A DNA stretch of 64,000 bases from a candidate division WOR-3 bacterium (GTDB lineage Bacteria > Hydrothermota > Tepidihabitantia > Tepidihabitantales > Tepidihabitantaceae), in the NCBI GenBank assembly GCA_965649225.1, contig CBFGJX010000014.1, positions 1 to 64,000 on the forward strand. The letters run 5' to 3'. Shown piece by piece: positions 18,065 to 28,754 of this stretch. The first letter of the stretch is position 1. Every line of letters begins with the position of its first letter. Under the pieces are notes generated by a model that saw only the letters and a list, made by a program, of their open reading frames with translations, was not told the origin of the DNA and searched no databases. A program made the position numbers and the translations under genes.

Positions 18065-20185
18065 TTACCGACGGGCACCGTACTTGCCGGTATGCCGGAC
18101 ATCGTGGTGGAACATCGGCCACGGACTGCTGGCCAGTCCGCCTGACGTTCTGCCGGCGACGGCAAAGATGCCGCTCGGACAGGACACATAGATGATGCCG
18201 TAGTTGTCAACTGCCGGCGACGGCATGACATCTATCGCCAGTGCCCGGTTACCGCGACCGGAACGCCGGCCGGCCGGCGGCACGACCAGCGGCGTCTGCC
18301 ACATCACCGTCCCGCTCGGCCCGACTGCGACGAGGTTCTCGTCGTCGTCAACCAGGTAGATGTAGCCATCACTGGTCAGCGCCGGAGTCGAAGAAAGCGG
18401 GGTCAGACTCACCTGCACCGGCCAGCCGGGGACCGGCAGATGAGTGTTGGCATCGATCTGATAGACCTTGCCATCGTCGGCGGCAAAGTAGATATTGCCA
18501 TTGGTGCCGATAATCGGCGAGGCAGTGATGCCGGCCCGCGGGCTGGTGGCATACACCCACTGCAGTGTGTTGTCCTTGATTGCCAGCAGCCGTCCGCTTT
18601 CGGTGCCGACATAGATTGTTCCGTCGGTGCCGATTGCCGGCGACGCAGTCACGCCGGTGCTGTCGCCGGTGTAGTAGCTCCACAGTATCGTGCCGGCCGG
18701 CGAAACGTAGTGAACGTAGCCGGAATCATCGACCGCGATGATATTGCCCGACTGGTCCATCACCGGCGACGCAATCAGCTCGTTGCGCAGCGCCACCGAC
18801 CAGACCCGCGTAGCGCTGGTGCCGTTATCGGTCAGCTTGTGAAGTTTTCGGTCGTCGCCGCCGAAGTAGATGTTGGCGCCATCGATCAGCGGGGTCACCG
18901 ATATCGCCTGGCCCGAATCCGGCACCGCCCACGACCATTTCACCCGGCCATCGGCATCAAAGGCATAGAGGTAGCCGTTCTCGTTGCCGGCATAGGCCAC
19001 GCCCGCAGTCGTCACCGCCGGCGAAGAGTGAAACTCCTCGGCATCGGTCGGCACTGCCGTGTTGATGATCACGCCGACATAGGCATCGATGAAGTGCATG
19101 TTGCCCTCATCCGAGCCGACAATCACCGACGGCCACGGCGCACCAAAGGAGTTGGTCGCACCCAGTGCCGGCGAGCCGGTGAAGTCATCTTCGAAAGCGT
19201 AGATGATTTCACCTTCACCAACGGTCTTGAAGGTAATCGGGTCTGACATGTCGGACACCAGTCCGCCCCGGTCGATCGCCTTTACCGTCACGGTATAGGT
19301 CATCGTATCGCCGGTCGGCCGGTACATCCCCATGCCATTGGTACCCTGCGGGAAACGGTCGCTGACGGTCGAGTCGCCGTTGCCCCAGTAGAAAATATAC
19401 CGCAGCGTGTCACCGATATTGGGGTCGGTTGCCCGAGCATAGAACCGGTAGTTCGGCCCGCCGCTGATTCCCCGCCGCGGCCAGGCAACCCACTCGGGCC
19501 GCCGTGGTCCCAGGTTGACCTCGTTGATGAAAACCGTCTCTGGCGCTGACCAGGCCGAGGTGTCGCCGACGATATCGCGCGCCACCGCCCGGACAACCTT
19601 GTAGCCACCGGACAGATAGGTAACCGAAGCTGAAACCGCGGCACCACCCGCGACATACGGACTCCAGCCCGATATCTGGCCATCGTCGAAGTAGAACTTG
19701 ATGCTGACCGAGTCGCCGTCCGGGTCGTTCGCCTGCGTGGTGAATGTCACCAGCGAATCAACCCAGAACGGTCCCGAACCCACCGGCTTGGCCGGGGCAT
19801 CGGGCGGGTTGTTGGCAGTACCAGTATCGGTCACGACATGGACCCGCAGTGAATCGGACCAGTCGGCACTGCGCGCGCCCCGTTCATCCTCAGCCAGCGC
19901 CCGGATGTTGTACCAGCCGGTATCGGACCAGGCGTGGCGGGCGGTCACCGGCTCGCCCGAACCACCATAGCCGGTGGTATCGGTGCTGGCGTCGCCCCAG
20001 GCGACGAAGTAGCGAATCTTGTCCCGGTTGGCGTCGGTGGCGGTCACACTGTAATCAACCGTTGTGTTGACCAGTACCAGCGTCGGCCCGGTAACGGTCG
20101 GGGTCTTCGGCGGCTTGTTCTTGCAGCCGGCCGCAAGGACCAGGACTGCAATCGCAATTGCCGTCAGGGCCAGGCTTTTGCGCAT
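18065..20185 (-). CDS. Lipoprotein with PKD-like repeats and PQQ/BamB-type beta-propeller
   Basis: LAAGC lipobox; WGD repeats; SSPA/ASPAIGxDGTIYVG repeats; terminal WPMFHHDVRHTG. Confidence 0.88.
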   Translation of the reverse strand: MRKSLALTAIAIAVLVLAAGCKNKPPKTPTVTGPTLVLVNTTVDYSVTATDANRDKIRYFVAWGDASTDTTGYGGSGEPVTARHAWSDTGWYNIRALAEDERGARSADWSDSLRVHVVTDTGTANNPPDAPAKPVGSGPFWVDSLVTFTTQANDPDGDSVSIKFYFDDGQISGWSPYVAGGAAVSASVTYLSGGYKVVRAVARDIVGDTSAWSAPETVFINEVNLGPRRPEWVAWPRRGISGGPNYRFYARATDPNIGDTLRYIFYWGNGDSTVSDRFPQGTNGMGMYRPTGDTMTYTVTVKAIDRGGLVSDMSDPITFKTVGEGEIIYAFEDDFTGSPALGATNSFGAPWPSVIVGSDEGNMHFIDAYVGVIINTAVPTDAEEFHSSPAVTTAGVAYAGNENGYLYAFDADGRVKWSWAVPDSGQAISVTPLIDGANIYFGGDDRKLHKLTDNGTSATRVWSVALRNELIASPVMDQSGNIIAVDDSGYVHYVSPAGTILWSYYTGDSTGVTASPAIGTDGTIYVGTESGRLLAIKDNTLQWVYATSPRAGITASPIIGTNGNIYFAADDGKVYQIDANTHLPVPGWPVQVSLTPLSSTPALTSDGYIYLVDDDENLVAVGPSGTVMWQTPLVVPPAGRRSGRGNRALAIDVMPSPAVDNYGIIYVSCPSGIFAVAGRTSGGLASSPWPMFHHDVRHTGKYGARR

Positions 20186-20342
20186 TTTTCCTCCTCTAAA
20201 AACAGGAACAATTCAAACTAAAACTGTCGGCTTCGCTCACGGACGCTAACAATACCCCAACTCGGTCAGTCAGTCAAGGCCGCGGGCTCAGGTCGCCGAC
20301 TGATTGACCGGCCGGCGGGCCGGTCTATAATCGGCCACTGCC

Positions 20343-22817
20343 ATGGGTCAACGCCAGCGAAATCAGCAACCAGCCGCTGCCTCCGCTCCGGCACACAGCT
20401 CAAACCCCCGGGCCGGCTGGCGCTGGCTGCAGGGTGCAGCCGGCCTCACCCTGCTGCTCCTCGCGGCAGTCGCCAACTACTCCAGTGACTGGCTTCACGC
20501 CCTGCGGGGCCGGGTCTATCTGCGCGCACCCGGCATGCCGCCCGGCGACTACATTTTCTTTCCGCTCTGGATTGCGATTGGCGCCGCTCTGATTGCGGCA
20601 TTGCTGTCGATCTTCGGTTCCGCCCGGAGACGACAACAGCTCAGCCGAGCCTGGCGCCGAACTGAAACCCGGCTGGCGCTGACAATCATTGTCCTGCTGC
20701 TTGGCTTCTCGCTCTGGCCCTGGCCTTCGACCGACATCGCCGGCGGCGACACCGGCTCGGCCACGGTATTCTACATCGTTCTCACCGGGGCCGGGTTCCT
20801 GCTGTTTGTCAGTGCGGCCTGGCCAGGCCTGCGCGGACTCGACCGTCCGGCCGAACGGCTCTGGCAATGGCTCTCGGCGCTCAGCCCCCGGCGATTCGCT
20901 CTGCTGCTGTTTTTATTCACACTGCTGGTGACCAATCTCGTCTCGCTGCTGGTTTTCCAGCACATGCCCCACGTTCAGGACTCCATTGCCCAGCTCTTTC
21001 AGGCCCGGATTTTTGCCGCCGGCCGGCTCTGGCTGCCCTCGATGCCCTTCCCCGACTTCTTTGATTACACCCACATCATCAACATTTCCGGCCAGACCGG
21101 CCATCCCGCCTCCGGATTCGCGGTTCCCGGCTGGCCCGGCCCGGCTGGCCGCTGGTATTCCCAGTATCCGTTTCTCCATCCACTGCTGCTGGCGCTCGGC
21201 GTCCTCATCGGCATGCCCTGGCTGATAAACCCGCTGCTCGGCGCCATCATTGTCCCGGTCATCTACCAGCTCGGCCGTGAACTCTACGACGAGCGCACCG
21301 GTCGTACTGCCGGACTGCTTGCCGCTGTCTCGCCCTTCCTTTTCAACATGGCCGCAGAATTCATGAACCACACCAGTGCCCTGCTCTTTGCCGCATTGTT
21401 TCTGCTCTTCTTCGCCCGCGCCGCCGGCCTGACCACCCGTCCCGCCGGCCGGATTCGGGACGCCGCGCTGGCCGGATTGATGCTCGGGCTGGTGGTCAAC
21501 ATCCGCCCCTACACCGCCGCGGCGCTGGCGCTGCCGCCGGCGGTTTATGGCCTCGTGCTGCTGCTGCGCCAGCCCCGCCGCTTCGCCGCACCGTTCGTTT
21601 TCACCATCATCGCCACCGCTGCGGTCTCTGCCCTGCTGCTGGTCTATAACTGGCTCACCAACGGCCATCCGCTGCTCTTCGGCTATGTTGTCAAATGGGG
21701 TGCCGCGCACGAAATCGGCTTCGGCCGGGCCGGCTGGGGCGAAAGTCACACTCCCCTGCGCGGGCTGTACAACACCGGCAACGACTGGAACATGCTCAAT
21801 CAGGCATTGTTCGAGTGGCCGCTGCCCGGTTTGATTATCATTGCCCTGCCATTTGCCCTGCCGGTCAGCGACCGCCGCGACCGGCTGCTGCTGGCGACTT
21901 TTTTCTGTCTGTCCGCTGCTTACTTCTTCTACTGGTATCACGGCAGTGTTTTCGGCCCGCGCTTTCTGTTCGAATCGGCTGCGGCGCTGCTGCTGCTGGC
22001 CGCGCGCGGACTGCAGAGTATCGGCCGCCTGGCACGCGAGACCCTGGGCCGCAGCGACTTTACCGACCAGCGTGCCGGCCGCCTGCTCAGCCGAACCCTG
22101 CCGCTGTGTCTCGGCTGGATGCTGGCCGTCGGCCTGCCGCCGCTGTTTGCCCGCTACTGGAGCTACAACAACGTTGACAGCCGGGTCATTCGCAATGTCC
22201 GGCGCGCCGGCCTCAGCAATGCCCTAGTGTTCTGTGCCAACCTCGGCAACGGCTTCAACTTCAATTCTCTCGACCTGTCCAGCAGCGTCGTCTTCGCCAA
22301 AGACTACGGCATGCTCAACTCCGCCCTGACGGTCCGCTATCCCGGCCGCTCCTGCTGGTATGCCAACAAGGACACGCTGACTGCGCTCGGCGACATCAGC
22401 TACGAGCACTCCCAGCTTCGCCAGACACTCGACGAAATCGCCGAGGGCCTCGACACTACCCTGCTCGGCGGCTACCGCACGATCATCTGGCCGTTCATCG
22501 ACCTGCCGCCGGCGACGCTCGATTCGGCGACTGTCTCGGCCAAGGTGACCGACTTTCGGATCGTTTCCCGCGAGCTGTTCACCGGCCGCCGTCGTTTTGA
22601 CGACTACCTGCCGGCGCTGGCCTGCTGGATACTGCGCGACAAACGCGAACACCTTGGGATCTTCGCCTACATGGATGAACTGCAGAACTTCATCGCCGCC
22701 GACTACAAGTTCACCCTGCTTTACGTCGCCAGCAAGGGCACCGCCGCCGTCTACGACATCCGGCCCGCAACCGGCAGCGAACAGCGCATCGAAGAAAACC
22801 CGCCCGGCCGGCAGTAA
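20343..22817 (+). CDS. GT-C (family 39 / ArnT-PMT-like) integral membrane glycosyltransferase
   Basis: Multiple TMs; PHVQDSIAQLFQARIFA, YSQYP, NIRPYTA and GPRFLFE motifs; TTGACC-N16-TATAAT promoter at 20304-20331. Confidence 0.75.
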   Translation: MGQRQRNQQPAAASAPAHSSNPRAGWRWLQGAAGLTLLLLAAVANYSSDWLHALRGRVYLRAPGMPPGDYIFFPLWIAIGAALIAALLSIFGSARRRQQLSRAWRRTETRLALTIIVLLLGFSLWPWPSTDIAGGDTGSATVFYIVLTGAGFLLFVSAAWPGLRGLDRPAERLWQWLSALSPRRFALLLFLFTLLVTNLVSLLVFQHMPHVQDSIAQLFQARIFAAGRLWLPSMPFPDFFDYTHIINISGQTGHPASGFAVPGWPGPAGRWYSQYPFLHPLLLALGVLIGMPWLINPLLGAIIVPVIYQLGRELYDERTGRTAGLLAAVSPFLFNMAAEFMNHTSALLFAALFLLFFARAAGLTTRPAGRIRDAALAGLMLGLVVNIRPYTAAALALPPAVYGLVLLLRQPRRFAAPFVFTIIATAAVSALLLVYNWLTNGHPLLFGYVVKWGAAHEIGFGRAGWGESHTPLRGLYNTGNDWNMLNQALFEWPLPGLIIIALPFALPVSDRRDRLLLATFFCLSAAYFFYWYHGSVFGPRFLFESAAALLLLAARGLQSIGRLARETLGRSDFTDQRAGRLLSRTLPLCLGWMLAVGLPPLFARYWSYNNVDSRVIRNVRRAGLSNALVFCANLGNGFNFNSLDLSSSVVFAKDYGMLNSALTVRYPGRSCWYANKDTLTALGDISYEHSQLRQTLDEIAEGLDTTLLGGYRTIIWPFIDLPPATLDSATVSAKVTDFRIVSRELFTGRRRFDDYLPALACWILRDKREHLGIFAYMDELQNFIAADYKFTLLYVASKGTAAVYDIRPATGSEQRIEENPPGRQ

Positions 22818-22822
22818 AAGAA

Positions 22823-22860
22823 CCGCGCCGGACCCTGTCGGCATCCGGCGCGGCAGTTTT
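22823..22860 (+). terminator. Probable terminator between convergent genes
   Basis: CCGCGCCGGA...TCCGGCGCGG stem followed by TTTT. Confidence 0.55.
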
Positions 22861-22871
22861 GAAAAAACCGG

Positions 22872-24239
22872 TCAGTATTTGACGACTGCGGACTGCCGGT
22901 CACCCGTCCGCACCAGATACACCCCGGTCGGCAGTGTGGTAAAATCCAGTTCGGTCGGACCACCGCCGGTCGCTGCAGCCAGCACCAGTCGTCCGGTCCG
23001 GTCAAATACCCGCACCGGCCCGGCGGCATCGACCCATGCCCGACCCTGCACCGGATTGGGCCGGACCAGTGACCGGCCGAACGGTGCGGCAGCGTGGCCT
23101 TCAGCGACGCCAATCGGGTAGTTGAACCAGCCGTACGCCAGCCGCAGGCTGTCGCCATCGCCCTGAGTCCAGACCACCAGTGCTCCCAGCGCGGTCGGGT
23201 GGCGGACATTCTCGTCGATGCCGAAAAACTGCCGGATGGAATAACCCCGGTCCCAGCCGGTCATGAAATAGTAGAAATGGGTCCGGATGTCAGACTCGCC
23301 GGCACTGTCGTCCTGCCAGAACAGGTAGGACCAGACTTCGCCGATGTTGCTGACCACCGGCCCGCTGGCATTCCAGCGCGTCGGATAACCGCCGCCGTTG
23401 CCGCCGAAATAGCGGACATTGCGGCTGCCGCCGATGCTTTCCACCCAGCCGGCGCCGAACACTTCGCCGCCGCGCGCCCAGTCCTGGGCCGGGTCGGCCA
23501 GCAGCCGGCTGTCGTGCTGGAGCAGCTCGACCGGCTGCCACTGTCCGGCCACCAGCCGCCGCCGTTTCACCCACCACGGCGTCGGCGACGACGAATCCAC
23601 CGCCCGCCAGACAACTGTCAGACCGTTGGTGAAGCAGGAAATCGACGGCCGGTCATTGACCTCGTAACCCGGCTCGCTGGAAACCAGCGCCGGACTCGAA
23701 AGCACACCCTGATACCAGGTCCGGTACATGATATCGCTGGTGTCGGCCCCGTTTTTCTGCTCCTGCCAGACGATATGAGCGGCGCCGCTGTCATCGCAAT
23801 AGACATCGGGAGCGGTGCTGTTGTCGCCGACGGCAGAAACCGGCACAGGGACCATCGCCGTGTCGAGGTCAAGAAAACACACCTGCGCCCGGCCGGTAGA
23901 ATCGAGCCGTGACCAGACGAGGTAACGGTGACCATCGGGGCGGCAGTCGATCGCCGGCCAGCGCGCGTTGCTGTCCACCATCACCGGTGCACTCCAGCGC
24001 AGCCGGTCCCATTCGAACACGCCGCTGCGCACCCACACCGCCTCACTACTGGAATAGACCAGAAACACCGTGTCGGACGGACCGCCGCCAACCCACTCGT
24101 CGCGGGCACCGAGCCGGTGGCTGGAACCGGGACCGGTGGCAACCGGGTCGTCGGTCGGCCCGATCACCCCGTAGTAGAACTGCCCGATCGCCAGACCGGT
24201 ACCGAGCACCAAGAACAGCAAAAACCGAAACTGGCGCAT
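22872..24239 (-). CDS. Secreted beta-propeller-like protein with T9SS-like CTD
   Basis: Signal peptide MRQFRFLL; HIVWQE blades; PNP...FDRTGRLV...LPTGVYLV; GGAGG RBS. Confidence 0.8.
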   Translation of the reverse strand: MRQFRFLLFLVLGTGLAIGQFYYGVIGPTDDPVATGPGSSHRLGARDEWVGGGPSDTVFLVYSSSEAVWVRSGVFEWDRLRWSAPVMVDSNARWPAIDCRPDGHRYLVWSRLDSTGRAQVCFLDLDTAMVPVPVSAVGDNSTAPDVYCDDSGAAHIVWQEQKNGADTSDIMYRTWYQGVLSSPALVSSEPGYEVNDRPSISCFTNGLTVVWRAVDSSSPTPWWVKRRRLVAGQWQPVELLQHDSRLLADPAQDWARGGEVFGAGWVESIGGSRNVRYFGGNGGGYPTRWNASGPVVSNIGEVWSYLFWQDDSAGESDIRTHFYYFMTGWDRGYSIRQFFGIDENVRHPTALGALVVWTQGDGDSLRLAYGWFNYPIGVAEGHAAAPFGRSLVRPNPVQGRAWVDAAGPVRVFDRTGRLVLAAATGGGPTELDFTTLPTGVYLVRTGDRQSAVVKY

Positions 24240-24316
24240 TCTTGCCTCCCTTTGGCTAATTTTGAATACCTTTGCATTTCTGTCAATATTGTTTCGGCGA
24301 CGCTGCGACACCGAGC

Positions 24317-25744
24317 TCAGCCGGACCGGCCGATACGCATTACTGCGCCATCGCCGGTATTGACCAGCGGCACAAGTTCCACCCGCCGCGCCAATTCGGC
24401 CGGCGCCAGCACGTGAGCACGCCGCATTCGGGTAAACCAGACCAGCGTGCCCGTCTCCGGCAGGGCCGGTTCGGTGACAGTCGGCGCCAGCCGCGCCGGC
24501 ACACCGGCAAGGATATAGGCCGCATCGGGGGCATTGGAATAAACCGGCGGTTCGACCGGGTTCTGCCGCAGCCAGGCCACGGTCGGCGACTCCTGCCAGG
24601 CAGTGATGCTGTAGCCGCCGGCGCCGAACTCGCGCCAGTCGCGCACCAGCCGCAGCGAACGGCTGGTCTGGCCGGCCAGCCAGACCGCAACCAGTCCAGT
24701 CACCAGCCACCGACCCGACGGCCACCGCAGCCGCCGGAAGGCATCCTCCAAACCGCTCAGCAGCAACAAAAGCACCAGCGGATACAATGGTGCCGTCATC
24801 CGGGCATCAAGGCCATCGATTGCCGTTGTCAGCGCCGCCACCACCAGTCCGGCAAGATAACCCGTTACCAGCACTGCCGCCAGCCGCCGCTGCGTCGCCG
24901 GTGCTGGCGGCCGCACCAGCGGCAGAACCAGTACTGCAGCCAGCAGGACGACAAACAGCGTTACCACCGGCAGAAACGGCCCGGCCAGTCCGGCGAAAAT
25001 CTCCCTCACGCTCTCGGCCGGACCAGTCGCGGGCGCAGTCCGCTCACCGGCCAGCGTCCCGGCAACCAGCCGGTTGCGGCCCAGCCACAGCCCGAGCGGC
25101 AGCAGTGCCACACCGCCCAGCTGCAGTGCCGACCCGATGCGCCGGGCCACTGGAACCGGCCGCCAGAGCAACACCGCCAGCCCGGCCAAGGGCACCAGTA
25201 CCGCACCCAGATAGCGCTGCAGCGGCAGCAGCGCCAGCACAGCGGCCGCCAGTCCGAAATCGCGCCGCGCCCCGGCCGTCAGCCAGCGGTCGAGAAAGAA
25301 CACCAGCAGCAGTAGCAGCAGCGTGAAAACCGGCTCAGTCCAGATTTTGGTTGCGGTATAGAGCAACGGCGGCCCGGTCAGCACCGCCAGCGTACCCAGC
25401 GCCACCAGCGGCCGCGAACCGAGCCCGCGGCGCAGAATCAACGCTGCCAGCGGCACGCAGGCACCAAAGGCCGCCGCATTCAGCAGCCGGCCACCCGCGA
25501 GCGGATCAATTCCGGCCAGGCCGAGCAATGCCAGCAACAGCGGAAACAACGGCGGCCAGTGGACAAACTGCCGGCCGTCGAACCGCACCAGACCCTCGCC
25601 GTGCAGCAGATTGCGCGCCGCTGAAACATAACTGACCGAATCCGGACTGATACCGGCACCATAACGGGCCGTGGCCAGCCAGACAATCGCAAACCCGGCC
25701 ACTGCTCCCAGACCAAGCAACACCGACGTCAACCTGATACGCAC
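24317..25744 (-). CDS. GT-C-like integral membrane protein
   Basis: GISPDSVSYVSAARNL, HWPPLFP, WTEPVF and RYLG motifs; multiple TMs. Confidence 0.7.
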   Translation of the reverse strand: MRIRLTSVLLGLGAVAGFAIVWLATARYGAGISPDSVSYVSAARNLLHGEGLVRFDGRQFVHWPPLFPLLLALLGLAGIDPLAGGRLLNAAAFGACVPLAALILRRGLGSRPLVALGTLAVLTGPPLLYTATKIWTEPVFTLLLLLLVFFLDRWLTAGARRDFGLAAAVLALLPLQRYLGAVLVPLAGLAVLLWRPVPVARRIGSALQLGGVALLPLGLWLGRNRLVAGTLAGERTAPATGPAESVREIFAGLAGPFLPVVTLFVVLLAAVLVLPLVRPPAPATQRRLAAVLVTGYLAGLVVAALTTAIDGLDARMTAPLYPLVLLLLLSGLEDAFRRLRWPSGRWLVTGLVAVWLAGQTSRSLRLVRDWREFGAGGYSITAWQESPTVAWLRQNPVEPPVYSNAPDAAYILAGVPARLAPTVTEPALPETGTLVWFTRMRRAHVLAPAELARRVELVPLVNTGDGAVMRIGRSG

Positions 25745-25822
25745 ACCGGATTATGCATCGGCCGGTGTCAGTTGCAAGCCGTCGGGCAGTTGACTGGCCG
25801 CCGGGCCGGGTTAGTATCGCGC

Positions 25823-26815
25823 GTGAACGCCGCAAAGCTCCACCGCGAGGCGCTGGTCTGCGACCTGCACACCGACGCGCTCTACGAACATGTCTCCGGC
25901 CGGCGCGACATCACTGTCCGCGCCACCACCGGTCATGTTGACCTCCCGCGCCTGGCCGAGGGCGGCGTCAACGCTCAGGTGTTTGCCATCTGGCCCAGCC
26001 CGGAGAAATTCCGTCCCGGCGAGTTCAACGGGTTCGTGCTTGGCGCCTGCGCCGCATTCACCGGCATCTGCGGCCGCGCGCCCGACCGGCTGGCCCACTG
26101 CCGCACCCCGGCCGAGTTCGACGCCGCGGTGCAGGCGGGCAGGATTGCCGGCATACTCGGGGTCGAGGGCGCGCACGCGCTCGACGGCCGGCTGGAGACG
26201 CTCGAGCGGTTCTTCGAATTCGGCGTGCGCGTGCTCACGCTCACCTGGAACAACTCCAACGAACTGGCCGACTCGGCGCTCGACCGCTCGCCGCGCCACA
26301 ACGGCCTCTCTCCGCTCGGGCGCTCGGCCGTGCGCCGCTGCAACGAGCTCGGCGTCATCATCGACCTCTCGCACGCCTCGGAGAAAGCGTTCTTCGCCGC
26401 CCTCGAAACGAGCACCGCGCCGGTCATCGCCTCGCACTCGGGCGTGAAATCGCTCTGCGACCACCCGCGCAACCTCTCGGACGAGCAGCTCAGGGCGCTT
26501 GCCGCACACGGCGGAATGGTCGGCATCGTGTTCCTGCCCTATTTCCTGCGCCCCGGGGCCGAGAACGCCGATATCGCCGACGTGCTCGCGGCAATCGACC
26601 ACGCCTGCGCGGTGGCTGGACCGCAGTGCGTCGGCATCGGCTCGGACTTTGACGGCTACGGCGGCACCACCGCCGGTCTTGAGGATGTGACCCGGCTCGG
26701 CGCGATTACCGCCGGCCTGGTTGAGCGCGGCTACACCGAGAGCGATATCCGGCTGATTATGGGCGAAAACTTCCGCCGGGTCTGGGGCGCGGTCGCGCAG
26801 CATGCCGGGACTTAG
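25823..26815 (+). CDS. Membrane dipeptidase (peptidase M19)
   Basis: DLHTD, GVEGAH, TLTWN, IDLSH, ASHSG and GIGSDFDG motifs. Confidence 0.93.
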   Translation: MNAAKLHREALVCDLHTDALYEHVSGRRDITVRATTGHVDLPRLAEGGVNAQVFAIWPSPEKFRPGEFNGFVLGACAAFTGICGRAPDRLAHCRTPAEFDAAVQAGRIAGILGVEGAHALDGRLETLERFFEFGVRVLTLTWNNSNELADSALDRSPRHNGLSPLGRSAVRRCNELGVIIDLSHASEKAFFAALETSTAPVIASHSGVKSLCDHPRNLSDEQLRALAAHGGMVGIVFLPYFLRPGAENADIADVLAAIDHACAVAGPQCVGIGSDFDGYGGTTAGLEDVTRLGAITAGLVERGYTESDIRLIMGENFRRVWGAVAQHAGT

Positions 26816-26827
26816 CCGGTCACTGCC

Positions 26828-28165
26828 GTGAAACCACTGCTCCTGCTCGGGCTGGTCAGTGCCGCGGCCGCCGCTGCGGTCTGGGCCGGGCCAGCGCTCG
26901 GGCCGGTGAACGACACGTCGGCCGTGGTGTACTGGGAAACCGACGACACGCTCGCCGGCGCGGTCGAGTACGGCCTGACATCGGGTTACGGCCTTGCCGT
27001 CGCCGAAACCGTTGCCGCAACCCGGCACGAGCTGGTTCTTGCCGGACTCGCGCCCGACACGCTCTGGCACTATCGCGTCATCTGCGGCGCGGACACGACC
27101 CCGGACCGCGCGTTCCGCACCCGCGCTTCGGCCGGCCGCTCGTTCCGCTTTGCGGTCTACGGCGACAATCAGGACGACAGCGCCGCGCACCAGCGCGTCG
27201 TGGACCGGCTGCTGCTGGCCGCGCCGGACGCCGGGTTCTGCGTCCATGTCGGCGACCTCGTGCAGAACGGCACGGTCGCCGAGTGGCGGTCGTGGTTCAA
27301 CATCGAGCGGGAGATTGTCGCGGGCCGGCCGGTTCTGCCCGCCCCGGGCAATCACGACATCATCATCCCCGACAACTGGCTGCGCTTTCTGGTGCTGCCG
27401 GGCAACGAGCGCTGGCACACCCTGCGCTGGGGCGGCACCGCCCTGCACTGCCTCGACGCCTACTCCGACTTCTCGCCCGCAAGCGCGCAGTACGACTGGC
27501 TGCTCTCGGAGCTTCAGTCCGACAGCGCCGACCCGGCGGTGCGCTTCATCCTTGTCAGCCTGCACCTGCCGCCGTACACAACCAGCCGGAGCTATACGGG
27601 CAACGCCGACGCCCGGCAGTGGCTTTGCCCGCTGTTCGAGCGGTTCCGGGTCGCGGTGGTGTTTTCCGGCCACGTCCACGCCTATGAACACAGCCTGGTC
27701 AACGGCGTGCACTACATCAATCCCGGCTCGGCCGGCGCCGCACTCTCGACCGGCTGGAACGCGGCCCAGCCCTGGACCGTGTACCGCGAGGCGGCCTACT
27801 CGTTCGTCGTTGCCGCGGCCTCGGCCGATTCGCTGATACTCTGTGGCGTCCGCGTCAACGGCACCGGTTTCGACACCCTGCGCCTGAGCCCTGGCACGGT
27901 CGGCCTGGCCGAGCAGTGCGCCGCGCCGAAGCTTCGGCTCTCGGCACACGGGCCGCATGTGGTGCTGGACCTGCCCGAATCCGGGCCGGCCGCTGTCGCG
28001 GTGTTTGCCCCGTGCGGCCGGCAGGTCGCGCGGCTGGCCTGTGGCCGGCTCGAGGCCGGACGGCACGGGTTTGTCCTGCCCGCCGGCCTGGCGCGCGGCT
28101 GCTACATCGTACGGGCAAGCGCGGCCGGAGCCTCGGCCTCGGTCAAGACCGCCCTGCTTCCCTAG
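26828..28165 (+). CDS. Secreted purple-acid-phosphatase-like metallophosphoesterase with FN3 domain and CTD
   Basis: YGD, HVGDLV, PGNHD and FSGHVHAYE motifs; signal peptide; C-terminal GRQVARL...GCYIVR. Confidence 0.9.
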   Translation: MKPLLLLGLVSAAAAAAVWAGPALGPVNDTSAVVYWETDDTLAGAVEYGLTSGYGLAVAETVAATRHELVLAGLAPDTLWHYRVICGADTTPDRAFRTRASAGRSFRFAVYGDNQDDSAAHQRVVDRLLLAAPDAGFCVHVGDLVQNGTVAEWRSWFNIEREIVAGRPVLPAPGNHDIIIPDNWLRFLVLPGNERWHTLRWGGTALHCLDAYSDFSPASAQYDWLLSELQSDSADPAVRFILVSLHLPPYTTSRSYTGNADARQWLCPLFERFRVAVVFSGHVHAYEHSLVNGVHYINPGSAGAALSTGWNAAQPWTVYREAAYSFVVAAASADSLILCGVRVNGTGFDTLRLSPGTVGLAEQCAAPKLRLSAHGPHVVLDLPESGPAAVAVFAPCGRQVARLACGRLEAGRHGFVLPAGLARGCYIVRASAAGASASVKTALLP

Positions 28166-28225
28166 TCGGTCGCGCCCAAAAGCACCGGGCGGGCCGAAGC
28201 CCGCCCGCCGCATCGTGAAGAATCT

Positions 28226-28699
28226 CTAGCGAAGCTGACCGCGAATCTCGCCGCCGGGAAAGGAGTCGGTGCGGATGCTGACATAGGTCGAGCCGGCGCG
28301 CACCGCCGACACCAGCGCGCGGATGCTCTTGCCTGCCATCGGGCCGATGAGGTCGGCGGTGAGCAGCGAGCCCTGAGTGAGCTGGCCGGTGAAGCTGCCA
28401 GTCTTCCTCGGCCCGGCATAAAGCACCGCGATCGAATCGCCGTTCTGATAAGCCGGAGCATAGTGCAGGTATGCGCTGGTGATATTGGCGAGGTTGGCGA
28501 CCGTGACCGTGTACTCCATCTTCGTGTTGGACACGTCGACCGTGAACTCGGCGGTGCCGGTGGCGATACTTGAGTTGGGCGGCACGACATTGGCGCCGTT
28601 CAGCGTCGCGCTGAAACTGCGGGCGAGGTTCTCACAGCCGGCCAGGCTGACGAGCGCGGCCATAGCCATCAGCACTGCTACATGAACTGCTCTGCGCAT
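28226..28699 (-). CDS. CHRD domain lipoprotein
   Basis: LAGC lipobox; LNGANVVPP, YVSIRTDSFPGGEIRGQL. Confidence 0.88.
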   Translation of the reverse strand: MRRAVHVAVLMAMAALVSLAGCENLARSFSATLNGANVVPPNSSIATGTAEFTVDVSNTKMEYTVTVANLANITSAYLHYAPAYQNGDSIAVLYAGPRKTGSFTGQLTQGSLLTADLIGPMAGKSIRALVSAVRAGSTYVSIRTDSFPGGEIRGQLR

Positions 28700-28754
28700 A
28701 CTGCCTCCTGTAGTTGCCGGTTTTTCTCCGTCGCGAGTCGGACAGATGATAGGT

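Noticed and set aside
22872..24725. 617-aa version of the secreted protein in the ORF track
   Set aside because: The 5' extension overlaps the upstream gene in another frame; RBS and signal peptide point to ATG 24239.
25811..28213. 800-aa minus-strand ORF and similar long overlapping ORFs (e.g. 43880-45526, 59179-60663, 39087-40403)
   Set aside because: Shadow ORFs of well-supported genes, expected at high GC; no motifs.
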